Assembly: GCA_965203095.1 (NCBI GenBank)
Contig: OZ241877.1
Location: 832,001 to 896,000, forward strand
DNA from: Bdellovibrionales bacterium
GTDB taxonomy: Bacteria; Bdellovibrionota; Bdellovibrionia; Bdellovibrionales; UBA1609
Length of the DNA: 64,000 bases
Direction: 5' to 3'
Each line of letters opens with the position of its first letter. Positions within the stretch are counted from its first letter, which is position 1. Under the pieces are notes generated by a model that was given only the letters and a program-made list of their open reading frames with translations, was not told the DNA's origin and ran no database searches. Positions 50,062-58,749 of this stretch are shown here, one piece after another. The position numbers and the translations under genes were made by a program.

Positions 50062-50844
50062 AGCTCTATTTTGGAGAAAAAGACTTAACCATTTAAGCTT
50101 TTCAGCTCTTTTTTTAAAAGGTTTTATCGCGGTTAAGCTTTTTTGAATTGCGGACTTCAATTCCTTAAGACCCTCTTGTTTTGAGTTAAAAAAAGAAAGC
50201 TTATCTTGCAAGTCATCTGCGATTTGATAGGCTATTCCCATATTTTGGCTATAGTTTTGAAGAGCCTTTTTTTCTTTATGATTTTTCCCCCATAAAAGAA
50301 AAGGCCCTAAAACAGAGGCGGATATAAGAGAGCTGGTTTTTAATTGGATCATTTTTAAAAATTGAGATTTTGTGGTAAAATTCTCCCTTAAATCTAAAGC
50401 CTGCCCACTCATCAAGCCACTAAAACCCACTTCGGAGAGAAACAGATCCAAAACTTGTGCCCTCTTCTCGTCAAAAAGAGGATCTTTTAAAAAAGAAAAA
50501 CTTTGGACAAAAAGACAAGTTCCAGCCAAAAGAGCTATGTCTTCTCCAAAAACTAAGTGATTGCACTTTTTTCCTCGGCGGGTTTTGCTGTCATCCATAA
50601 GAGGCAGATCATCATGAATAAGGCTGGCACAATGGATCATTTCCACAGCCATGGCCCAAGGGAAAATATCTTGAGGTTTTTTTCCAAAAACATGAGCAGA
50701 GGCAAAACACAAATGAGGGCGAAAGCGAGAGGCTTTTCCAAATAAACTGTAAAATAAAGATTTTTTTAAAAGCTTTTGAGATGGCAATAAGGCTTTTGAG
50801 AAAAGTTTTTGCAGGTGCTTTTTAAAAACCGATTCAAAATCCAT
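50032..50844 (-). CDS. ispA: Polyprenyl (farnesyl) diphosphate synthase
   Basis: SLIHDDLPLMDD, RRG, GQALD, YQIADD. Confidence 0.9.
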   Translation of the reverse strand: MDFESVFKKHLQKLFSKALLPSQKLLKKSLFYSLFGKASRFRPHLCFASAHVFGKKPQDIFPWAMAVEMIHCASLIHDDLPLMDDSKTRRGKKCNHLVFGEDIALLAGTCLFVQSFSFLKDPLFDEKRAQVLDLFLSEVGFSGLMSGQALDLRENFTTKSQFLKMIQLKTSSLISASVLGPFLLWGKNHKEKKALQNYSQNMGIAYQIADDLQDKLSFFNSKQEGLKELKSAIQKSLTAIKPFKKRAEKLKWLSLFLQNRALKFSKFSLR

Positions 50845-50894
50845 AAACTTTTACATAAGGAAAAATTAAAAGCATCTCTTTAAAATCAATTTTT

Positions 50895-51137
50895 TTAATC
50901 CTCATTTTCAGAAGAAGGCTCAAAATCTTCTGTCTCTGGTTCTCCCGTCTCTTCATTGATTCGGACTAACTTTTGAACGGACTGCTCTGCTGACTTCAGC
51001 TCCTCTCGGCATTTTTTAATCAGTTGTAAAGCTTTTTTAAAAGTCTCAATGGATTCTTTTAAACCAAGCTCCCCACTGGACATTTTCTCACTTATTTTTT
51101 CCAACTCTTTCAAGTTTTTTTCAAAATCCATATTCAC
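50895..51137 (-). CDS. xseB: Exodeoxyribonuclease VII small subunit
   Basis: FEKNLKELEKI...LKESIETF; between xseA and ispA. Confidence 0.93.
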   Translation of the reverse strand: MNMDFEKNLKELEKISEKMSSGELGLKESIETFKKALQLIKKCREELKSAEQSVQKLVRINEETGEPETEDFEPSSENED

Positions 51138-52327
51138 TCCTCCTTTTCTGTGACAACAGCTACAGCTTGCCCCTTTAAGAACTTTATATGAATACTGTCT
51201 TTAATTTTCAAGCCTTTTGTGTTATGCAGAATTTCCCCCTCAGCATTTGTGACAATGGAAAAGCCCCTTGTCATTACTGTTTGAGGGTTAAGGGAATGCA
51301 AAACCTGCTCTAAGTTTTTGAGCTGAACTTTAGATTTTTCAAAAACCATTTTAAGATTCTGGTTTAACTGTGAACTGATCTCGTCTAATTTTTGAGAGCT
51401 ATCCCTGAGCAGTCTGTTGGGGCGAACAAGACTCTTTTCTAAAGAGGAAATCCTGTCTTTTAAAAAACTCAGCTGAAGTTGAAGATTTTGGCTTATATGT
51501 TTTTTTATCCTTTGGAATTTTGTCAATAAGTCCTGAGCATTTTGAGTCACAAGCTCTGCGGAGGCTGAGGGTGTCGGTGCTCTTAAATCCGAGACAAAAT
51601 CACAGATAGTGAAGTCAATCTCATGCCCCACGGCGGAAATTATAGGAACAGAATGTTCCGCAATAGCACGGGCCAGCTTTTCGTCATTAAAAGCCCACAG
51701 ATCTTCCATAGATCCTCCACCTCTTCCAATGATTAAAACATCTAAAGGCAGTTTTTTAGAATCCGACAGTGCCTTTAACAAACTAACTGGGGCCTCCGCC
51801 CCTTGCACTAAAGCGGGAATCACAGTCACTTTTAAGTTTTTAAACCGCCGATTCAAAATTTGCAAAATATCACGAATGGCCGCCCCTGTGGGAGAGGTAA
51901 TAACAGCTATATGGCGAGGGAAGAGGGGGATAGCTTTTTTTCTCTCCGGATCAAATAGCCCTTCTTTTTTCAATTTTCTTTTTATGTCTTCAAATTCTTT
52001 CTGCAAAAGGCCAGAGCCTACAATTTCCATCTCAGAACATAAAATTTGGTAATCCCCCCTGGGGGGATAAGAGCTGATTTGCCCATAAACCAAAACCTCT
52101 TCACCTGTTCGTGGGCGAAAAGAGAGTTTTTGATTTTTCCCTCTAAACATAGCCCCCTTAATTTGTGCCTTTTCATCCTTTAAACTAAAATACCAATGGC
52201 CAGAGCTATGGGCGATAAAGTTAGACAATTCCCCTTTTAACCAAAGGGCAGGGAATTGAGATTCCAAACAAGTTCGTATCTGATGAGAAACTTGCGAAAC
52301 AGTTAAAATATTTTTATCTTTATCCAT
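51134..52327 (-). CDS. xseA: Exodeoxyribonuclease VII large subunit
   Basis: SGHWYFSLKD, TSPTGAAIRD, RGGGSMEDLW, GHEIDFT, RAPTPS. Confidence 0.97.
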   Translation of the reverse strand: MDKDKNILTVSQVSHQIRTCLESQFPALWLKGELSNFIAHSSGHWYFSLKDEKAQIKGAMFRGKNQKLSFRPRTGEEVLVYGQISSYPPRGDYQILCSEMEIVGSGLLQKEFEDIKRKLKKEGLFDPERKKAIPLFPRHIAVITSPTGAAIRDILQILNRRFKNLKVTVIPALVQGAEAPVSLLKALSDSKKLPLDVLIIGRGGGSMEDLWAFNDEKLARAIAEHSVPIISAVGHEIDFTICDFVSDLRAPTPSASAELVTQNAQDLLTKFQRIKKHISQNLQLQLSFLKDRISSLEKSLVRPNRLLRDSSQKLDEISSQLNQNLKMVFEKSKVQLKNLEQVLHSLNPQTVMTRGFSIVTNAEGEILHNTKGLKIKDSIHIKFLKGQAVAVVTEKEE

Positions 52328-52401
52328 AATATTTTAGGTTCAGGGGTATTTATATTATACATATCAAATTAAATCAACTGAGGTAAATAAAAAAAGAAGG
52401 A

Positions 52402-53529
52402 TTAAAAACCTAACTGCTGACGGATGAGTTTTTGACGAATTTTGAATAGGCTGGATTTTTGTATTTCAGAAACAAAATAAATGCTTTGTATTCTTTCAAA
52501 AGGAAGAACTTTAGAGTTAAAAGTTCTGACTAATTTTTGAATTTTTGTAATATTAAAATCAGAGCTGACCAAAGCCAACTGAGCACCCTGTCGCCTGTCA
52601 GGCAGAGCTGTAAGATAGCCTTCTTTTTTAAAGCGGAGTGACAATTCTTCCAATAAAACCGAAAGCTTTTGCAGATCTACTCTTTCCCCAAGAATTTTTA
52701 TTTCCTCTTCTCTCCTCCCTTTAATCAGCAAAAAATTTTTATTTAAAACCGCTTTGTCTGGTAATTTTAGCCAACCTTTAGAATCTTTAGGATCAAAAAG
52801 TTTGTTTTTTTGAAGGTCAAAACTCTTAGTGAGAAGGCTGGAACTTTTTATTTTGATTTGTGAAAATATTTGCTTTATTTCTATATGCTTAAGAACTTTC
52901 ATTTTTGGAAATTTATTTTTATTTAAAGAGGAAAGGCTGGCTGAAGCCACCTGAGAGCTGGCCTCTGTCAAGCCATAAGAGATCAAAATGGGCCAACCTA
53001 AGGCTCTGCCTTTTTTATAAAGCAATGGAGACAAACTATCCCCCCCCACTATTACAGCTCTTAAGCTTTTAGGGGCTTTAATTTTATTTTGGACCAAGTC
53101 ATAAATTTGAGCCGGAACTAAAGAGCTTAAACTGATTTTTTTTTCTTTTAACTGCTTTTGAAAAGAGTGAGCCTGCCATTTGCCCCGGCTCTTATAGAAG
53201 GAAAAGCCTCCGCAAAAACTTCGAGCTAAAATAGACAAGCCCGCTATGTGAAACAAAGGAAGAGATACTAACCAACGATCCTTTTTGTGAGTTTGAAGGT
53301 TTTTATTAACCGCATGGGCTGAACTGAGAATAGCGGATTTTGAAAGCAAACAAATCTTCCCTCTATTAGAAGTAAAAAGATAAATATGAGATTTTAAAAA
53401 AGGAAGTTTTTTAGTTAGCTTAGCCAATGCCTTTGCCTGAGGGTGCCGGGGATTAAAAAAGTAATGGCTATGAGGGCTTTCCCAGTCAATTTTATGATTA
53501 TTTATATAAAGAGTTGTTTTTCTTCTCAT
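52402..53529 (-). CDS. menE: o-succinylbenzoate--CoA ligase (short, divergent)
   Basis: SLPLFHIAGL, SLVPAQ, SYGLTEASSQ; men cluster context. Confidence 0.8.
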   Translation of the reverse strand: MRRKTTLYINNHKIDWESPHSHYFFNPRHPQAKALAKLTKKLPFLKSHIYLFTSNRGKICLLSKSAILSSAHAVNKNLQTHKKDRWLVSLPLFHIAGLSILARSFCGGFSFYKSRGKWQAHSFQKQLKEKKISLSSLVPAQIYDLVQNKIKAPKSLRAVIVGGDSLSPLLYKKGRALGWPILISYGLTEASSQVASASLSSLNKNKFPKMKVLKHIEIKQIFSQIKIKSSSLLTKSFDLQKNKLFDPKDSKGWLKLPDKAVLNKNFLLIKGRREEEIKILGERVDLQKLSVLLEELSLRFKKEGYLTALPDRRQGAQLALVSSDFNITKIQKLVRTFNSKVLPFERIQSIYFVSEIQKSSLFKIRQKLIRQQLGF

Positions 53530-53532
53530 AAA

Positions 53533-54471
53533 TCAGATCCATCGCACCCAAGGTTCTTTTTTTAAAAAATCACCAAAGCCAAAACCAAAACCCGCTGGCG
53601 GAATAAAGCCTTTAGAGTTTTCTGCTAAGTGATAGGCTTTTATTTTGTTAAGCCCAGAAAATACAAAAGCCCCTGTCTCAAAAAATCGAGGGTAAAGTTT
53701 ATAAAATTGGCCCGCCCAAAAACCAGCAATTGCTTGGCCAAAGAGATGATCCTTACTGTGAGTGAATATAACTCTCTTCCATCGGGAAAAGGAGGGGTTT
53801 TTAATTAAAAGATCTATTCGATCTCTTGAGGGTTTAACAATTTTTATTTGAGCTGAGGGGAGAGAAAGCCAATCCTCTGCAAAAAGCCGATGATCTGATC
53901 CTTTAAAAAGATCTTTTTCTAAAAGAGGATCTTCAATAAAATCTATATTGGATTTTAAAAATTTAAGTGGGGCTTTCCACTCTCGCCAACTTCTGCCATT
54001 TAGATCTAACCTCCATTTCACCCCTGGGATCTGCTGGTTTAAATTTTTTAAATGTTGAATTTGCTCTGCCTTTTTATGAGGTTGAAGTTTGACTTTAATA
54101 ATAGCTGGATCCCATTTTAAATTTGTTTTCTTAAAACAAGATAGATCTTCAATTAAAAAGTGACTTTTAGGAATTTTTAAACCAAAAAATAAACTTCTTT
54201 TTTGAGATCGTGCTTTAGCGTCTAAAAAAGCATTGTGCCGAGCGATTAAAAACCTAAGGCTAAGTTGGCCTTTTTGAATTTGCCTTAACTGCTGAAGTAA
54301 AGGAGCTTCTTTGTTAAAAGATGGCCAAGGCAAAAAATCGCTATAGCCTTTAAGGTTAGATCCAAAATCAAAAGATAAAAGAGCACCTTTTAATGAAGCC
54401 CCCCTCTCCCTTTGAAGTTTGTAAGGGGAAATAAAAAGCTTAAAAAATTTTGGTTTTGAAAAAAAAGTCAT
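53533..54471 (-). CDS. menC: o-succinylbenzoate synthase (divergent enolase superfamily)
   Basis: KVK, RLDLN, FIEDP, IVKP; lies between menA and menE. Confidence 0.75.
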   Translation of the reverse strand: MTFFSKPKFFKLFISPYKLQRERGASLKGALLSFDFGSNLKGYSDFLPWPSFNKEAPLLQQLRQIQKGQLSLRFLIARHNAFLDAKARSQKRSLFFGLKIPKSHFLIEDLSCFKKTNLKWDPAIIKVKLQPHKKAEQIQHLKNLNQQIPGVKWRLDLNGRSWREWKAPLKFLKSNIDFIEDPLLEKDLFKGSDHRLFAEDWLSLPSAQIKIVKPSRDRIDLLIKNPSFSRWKRVIFTHSKDHLFGQAIAGFWAGQFYKLYPRFFETGAFVFSGLNKIKAYHLAENSKGFIPPAGFGFGFGDFLKKEPWVRWI

Positions 54472-54483
54472 GCTTTTTATCTC

Positions 54484-55362
54484 TTAAATCCAAAGCCCAA
54501 CAATCCAAAGCCCACTATAAACTGTGTAAAGTAAAGAGCAAAGGGCCAAATAAGAATTGTATTTTGAGGAAGAAGCTTGGCTCGCTATAAAGTAAATTAA
54601 AAGGGCAGAAAAAGGCATAACAAAAAAACTCAAAGCTCCGGATTTTAAACCCTGCCCCATCCAAAAAAAGCAAATCAAATAAATAAAAGCCTGAGCTATA
54701 GTGAGAAAAAACAAAGCATGGGTCCGGCCATACAAAGTCACAAAATGCCGCCGGCCACCCGCCCGATCTTCTTTTTCATCTCTTAGATGATTGATGAGCA
54801 AAAGGCTTAGTGACCAAAGCCCGCAAGGGATTCCTAAATAAATTATATTCATATCCCAGTGAAGGCTTTGCAGGTAATATGTTCCAAAAACAGCTATAGG
54901 GCCAAAAAAAAGAAAACAAAACAATTCTGAAAGGCCCAGCCTTAGAAGGGAAAACTTTGTCCCCGTATAAAGATAAGCTAAAACACAAGATACAATACCT
55001 AAGATCAAAATGGGCCAACCCCCTCTTAAAATGAGAGGAACACCTGCAAGCACAGCCAACACAGAAGTAAAAATAGCCCAGTTTTGTATTTGAGAAAAAG
55101 AGAGCTTTCCCGTTTGGCTGAGTCGCTTAGGGCCTTTTCTCAAATGACTATCTACTCCCTGCTTATAATCTAAAGCATCATTAAAAAGGTTGGCTGAAAT
55201 TTGAATACAACTGGCGGAAAGGGCTGTCCAAAACAAAATATCCTTTTTTAAAAATCCGGTTTGATAAAATGCCCAAGCACTGCTCATAGCGATAGGCGAT
55301 AAAATAGCTGGAAGGGTTTTCAGCCTTGCCCCTTCAATAAAAAAAACTATATATTCGCCCAT
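54484..55362 (-). CDS. menA: 1,4-dihydroxy-2-naphthoate prenyltransferase
   Basis: RLKTLPA, NLFNDALDYKQGVD, RKGPKR, NHLRD..D; multi-TM. Confidence 0.92.
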   Translation of the reverse strand: MGEYIVFFIEGARLKTLPAILSPIAMSSAWAFYQTGFLKKDILFWTALSASCIQISANLFNDALDYKQGVDSHLRKGPKRLSQTGKLSFSQIQNWAIFTSVLAVLAGVPLILRGGWPILILGIVSCVLAYLYTGTKFSLLRLGLSELFCFLFFGPIAVFGTYYLQSLHWDMNIIYLGIPCGLWSLSLLLINHLRDEKEDRAGGRRHFVTLYGRTHALFFLTIAQAFIYLICFFWMGQGLKSGALSFFVMPFSALLIYFIASQASSSKYNSYLALCSLLYTVYSGLWIVGLWI

Positions 55363-55488
55363 GAAAAACCTCTATCTCTTATCGCATAAGCAAAAGCCAG
55401 CGGTGAGGGTCCAAGGTATTGCCGTCCCGAACAAGCTGGACTTTTGCTTATGCGATCTGTCAAATGTAAGCTTTTTCACGGACGACTA
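55352..55488 (+). mobile_element. MITE-like element carrying family-1 hairpin copy E (55381-55456)
   Basis: Terminal inverted repeats TATTCGCCCATGAAAAA / TTTTTCACGGACGACTA in TA-rich flanks. Confidence 0.8.
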
Positions 55489-55518
55489 TATATTGTTTGA
55501 ATGGCAAAAAGCCCTCTC

Positions 55519-56340
55519 CTAAGGATAGCGAGGGAAACGGGAGAAATCGGGTTCTCTTTTTTCTAAAAAAGCTTTTTTGCCCTCTTCTGCTTCTTCTGTT
55601 TGATAATATAAAAGAGTGGCTTGAGCTGAAAGATCCAACAAACCCATCTGGCCATCACAATCGGCATTCATAGCGGATTTTAGGCAACGAAGAGCCGTGG
55701 GAGAATGCTTTAAAATCTCCTTAGCCCATTTTAAAGTTTCTTCTTCTAATTTTTTTAAAGGAACTACTTTGTTGACCAAACCCATATCCAAAGCCTCCTT
55801 AGCAGAATATTGCCGGCAGAGAAACCATATTTCACGAGCTTTTTTTTGCCCCACAATGCGAGACAAATAAGAGGAACCTAAGCCACCGTCAAAAGATCCC
55901 ACCTTAGGTCCGGTTTGGCCAAAGCGGGCATTACTGGCCACGATGCTTAAGTCACACACAACATGAAGAACATGCCCCCCGCCAATGGCATAGCCTGCCA
56001 CACTGGCAATAACAGGTTTAGGTAAAGAGCGAATCTGTTTTTGAACATCTAAAATATTCAAGCGAGGCAAACCTTGGCGATCCGCATAGCCCGCTTTTAC
56101 TCTCACTTTTTGATCTCCTCCGGCAGAAAAGGCTTTATCCCCTTTCCCTCTTAGAATGACAACGCCAATTTGCCCATCCTCCCGGCAGATCTCTAAAGCC
56201 TCTTTCATCTCTTTTACTGTGAGCGGACGAAAAGCATTATGTTGCTGGGGCCGGTTGATGGTGATGCGAGCTATCCCTTGATTTGTTTTTTCAAACTCAA
56301 TGTCAGTATAAGCTTTAATTTTCTTCCACAGTTTTTTCAT
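55519..56340 (-). CDS. menB: 1,4-dihydroxy-2-naphthoyl-CoA synthase
   Basis: [43 protein letters not shown]. Confidence 0.97.
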   Translation of the reverse strand: MKKLWKKIKAYTDIEFEKTNQGIARITINRPQQHNAFRPLTVKEMKEALEICREDGQIGVVILRGKGDKAFSAGGDQKVRVKAGYADRQGLPRLNILDVQKQIRSLPKPVIASVAGYAIGGGHVLHVVCDLSIVASNARFGQTGPKVGSFDGGLGSSYLSRIVGQKKAREIWFLCRQYSAKEALDMGLVNKVVPLKKLEEETLKWAKEILKHSPTALRCLKSAMNADCDGQMGLLDLSAQATLLYYQTEEAEEGKKAFLEKREPDFSRFPRYP

Positions 56341-56540
56341 GTGTTTTTAAAATCCGGCATTTTTGTTCCCATCGCCTGATCTCCTTTTATTATAACAGGA
56401 GGATCCTCTTGAACAGGGGCGGAAGGGACTTTTCGTGAAAAAAAATACTGCTCCACAATAGAGCTTTGTTGAAAAATAGTTAAGAGATCCTGGCTTGTAA
56501 GCCTTTGCTGTTGTGCTTTAATTTTTTTATTGTTTGGCAT
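56337..56540 (-). CDS. Small hypothetical protein coupled to menB
   Basis: 67-aa ORF whose stop overlaps the menB start (ATGA). Confidence 0.45.
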   Translation of the reverse strand: MPNNKKIKAQQQRLTSQDLLTIFQQSSIVEQYFFSRKVPSAPVQEDPPVIIKGDQAMGTKMPDFKNT

Positions 56541-56642
56541 TTTGCCTTTTCAGGGCGGTTGTTTTTTAAAAAACTCTTGTTTGGAAAAAGCCCTACTCCT
56601 TTTATATGTGTTTTGATGATTTGTTTCAAGAAGATTTAAACA

Positions 56643-57383
56643 CTATTTTAAGCCCAAGTAATGATATTTTAAAATGCCTAAGGCCAAAAGTCCGGCCGTC
56701 TCCAACCTTAATATCTGCTCCCCCATAGAAAAAACAAAAGCCTTTTCCCTTAAAGAAAACTCTTTGGCTTCCTCAGCCGAAAAGCCCCCCTCAGCCCCAA
56801 TAAAAAGCCAGACTCCCGATGGTTGAGGATTTTTTTGCAATAATTGAGCTAAAGGGAGGACTGCTCTCTGGCCTTCGTAAGCCATGAGTGCCAGATCTCC
56901 TTTAGGGATTTTGATTTCCCTAAGAGGGAGAGGGGCTTTAATGCTCATTTTTTCCGTCCGGCCGGTTAAGGCCATGCTTTGTTCAACAATTTTATTCCAT
57001 CGTTTAAGACGCGAAGAGGGCAGTTGAGATGATTTTTTAAAAAAACTGAGTTGGGAGCTAAAGGGATGAAAACTCTTAACCCCTATTTCCACAGCTTTTT
57101 CTATAAGAAAATCCATTTTTTGTAGGCGAGCGAGGGCCAAGGCCAAATGCAAATAAGGTTTTTTTAAAGGAGGAACAGGCCATGACTTTAAAATTTCAGC
57201 AGTGGCTTGAGATGGAAAAATCTGGCTCAACCGGACTTTGTATTTTGCCAATCCCTCACAGTAAAGCTCAAAAATATCCCCTTTTTTCATCCGGGCAACC
57301 CGGCATATATGATGATAAAGGGAGTTTTTTATAATAAACTCTTTATTTTTTAAATAAGATCGATCAATCCAAAATCGAAGGAT
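56643..57383 (-). CDS. rsmE: 16S rRNA m3U1498 methyltransferase; probable ATC start at 57383 (ORF track start 57290)
   Basis: HHICRVAR, KAVEIGV, IGAEGGF, ILRLETA. Confidence 0.92.
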   Translation of the reverse strand: MLRFWIDRSYLKNKEFIIKNSLYHHICRVARMKKGDIFELYCEGLAKYKVRLSQIFPSQATAEILKSWPVPPLKKPYLHLALALARLQKMDFLIEKAVEIGVKSFHPFSSQLSFFKKSSQLPSSRLKRWNKIVEQSMALTGRTEKMSIKAPLPLREIKIPKGDLALMAYEGQRAVLPLAQLLQKNPQPSGVWLFIGAEGGFSAEEAKEFSLREKAFVFSMGEQILRLETAGLLALGILKYHYLGLK

Positions 57384-57409
57384 GGCTCAGCCTCTTTTTA
57401 AGAAAATTT

Positions 57410-57631
57410 TTAAGATCGGCTAAAAAGCTTAACCTGCCCTGCTTTTTTTGACAAAAGTGCGGGTTCTAAAAGTGCAGAAGATTCTGGGGATAGCTCTCCT
57501 CTTCTAACAGCCTTGCTTTTAGGAGCTGAAATGCCTAACCGCACCTGTCGGCCACGAATCTGAACAATTTGAACTACAATATCTCCATCAATAGTGATGG
57601 TTTCACCAGCTTTTCGAGTTAAAACCAACAT
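57410..57631 (-). CDS. csrA: Carbon storage regulator
   Basis: MLVLTRKAGETITI...VRLGISAPK..RRGE; SD AAGGAGG. Confidence 0.93.
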   Translation of the reverse strand: MLVLTRKAGETITIDGDIVVQIVQIRGRQVRLGISAPKSKAVRRGELSPESSALLEPALLSKKAGQVKLFSRS

Positions 57632-57834
57632 TAGGACCTCCTTAAATAACGACAGGAACATTAAAAAACTTGTCTTAGGGATTGGGCATCACACAGACAA
57701 CGGCACTTAAACTAACAGCTTGTTTTTTAAAGTCAAGGCTTATAAATAAAAAATATTGAGATCTCAGCAATTATAGCCTGCGTCATTTTTTGACTGCTTT
57801 CTTAAATTAAGGGATACTTTAAAAAGGCAACAGG

Positions 57835-58737
57835 ATGTGGCTTTTTTTCTTTCTTTTCTCTTTTTGGCCCTCTCTGGCGGAAAGCCCTTTTGTGGCCTGG
57901 CCTGTTAGTGCTCCTGAAGAGAACCTGTCAAAAGCTAAAAAACTCAATTTTAAGCCTTTTCCGGTGATTCATCGGCCAGAAGTGACCCGCTGGGTTCATT
58001 TTTTTAGCCATAGCTCCTCTCCTTACTTCAAGCTATGGCTCAAAAGGGCCTATCGCTACTTTCCTAATATGGAAAGGATTTTTCAAGATAGTGGTTTGCC
58101 AAAGGAGCTGGTTTCTATGAGTTTAGTAGAGAGCAGTCTCTCTGCAAAGGCGGTCAGCTCGGCAAAAGCAGTGGGTTATTGGCAGTTTATTGAGCCTACG
58201 GGTTTAAAATTCGGCTTAAGGATAAATAGTTGGATTGATGAAAGGCGAGATTTTCAAAAAAGCACTCAGGCCGCTGTTAAATATCTCCACCAACTTTATG
58301 AAGAGTTTGAAGATTGGCTATTGGTCATGTCAGCTTACAATATGGGGGAGAGCCGTTTAAGGGCCTTAATTCAAAAACATAAAACAAAAAATTTTTGGCT
58401 TTTATCACAAAAAGCAGATTTTCCTACAGAGACCGCTCTTTATGTTCCTAAAGTTTTGGCCGCTGTTCATATTGTTCGTGACCCTGTGTCTTACGGCTTG
58501 AGTGAGTTTGTTGTCCTTCCCCCTTATAACTATGATATTTTTTTTATTCCTGGGGGCACTAACTTAAAAAAGCTATCTCAAGGGGCAAAAATCTCTTTGG
58601 CAGAGATAAAATTACTGAATCCCGACTTAAAAAGCGAAATTATCCCTAAAAGTATTTCTTTTCATCAAGTTCGGATTCCTAAAGGCACTGGCATATTGAT
58701 CTCTAATTGGCTGGACAAACAGCCCTCCATTGATTAG
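57835..58737 (+). CDS. SLT-domain lytic transglycosylase (MltD-like, truncated C-terminus)
   Basis: SLVESSL, AVGYWQFI, DERRDF, AYNMG, ETALYVPK. Confidence 0.9.
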   Translation: MWLFFFLFSFWPSLAESPFVAWPVSAPEENLSKAKKLNFKPFPVIHRPEVTRWVHFFSHSSSPYFKLWLKRAYRYFPNMERIFQDSGLPKELVSMSLVESSLSAKAVSSAKAVGYWQFIEPTGLKFGLRINSWIDERRDFQKSTQAAVKYLHQLYEEFEDWLLVMSAYNMGESRLRALIQKHKTKNFWLLSQKADFPTETALYVPKVLAAVHIVRDPVSYGLSEFVVLPPYNYDIFFIPGGTNLKKLSQGAKISLAEIKLLNPDLKSEIIPKSISFHQVRIPKGTGILISNWLDKQPSID

Positions 58738-58749
58738 TCTTTTCACTTA

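Noticed and set aside
51609..52052. 147-aa ORF and the many other short nested or antisense ORFs in the track
   Set aside because: Fully overlap well-supported genes and have no recognisable motifs
781..55456. 27-nt repeated core as a CRISPR repeat
   Set aside because: Copies are kilobases apart with no spacer array and no cas genes
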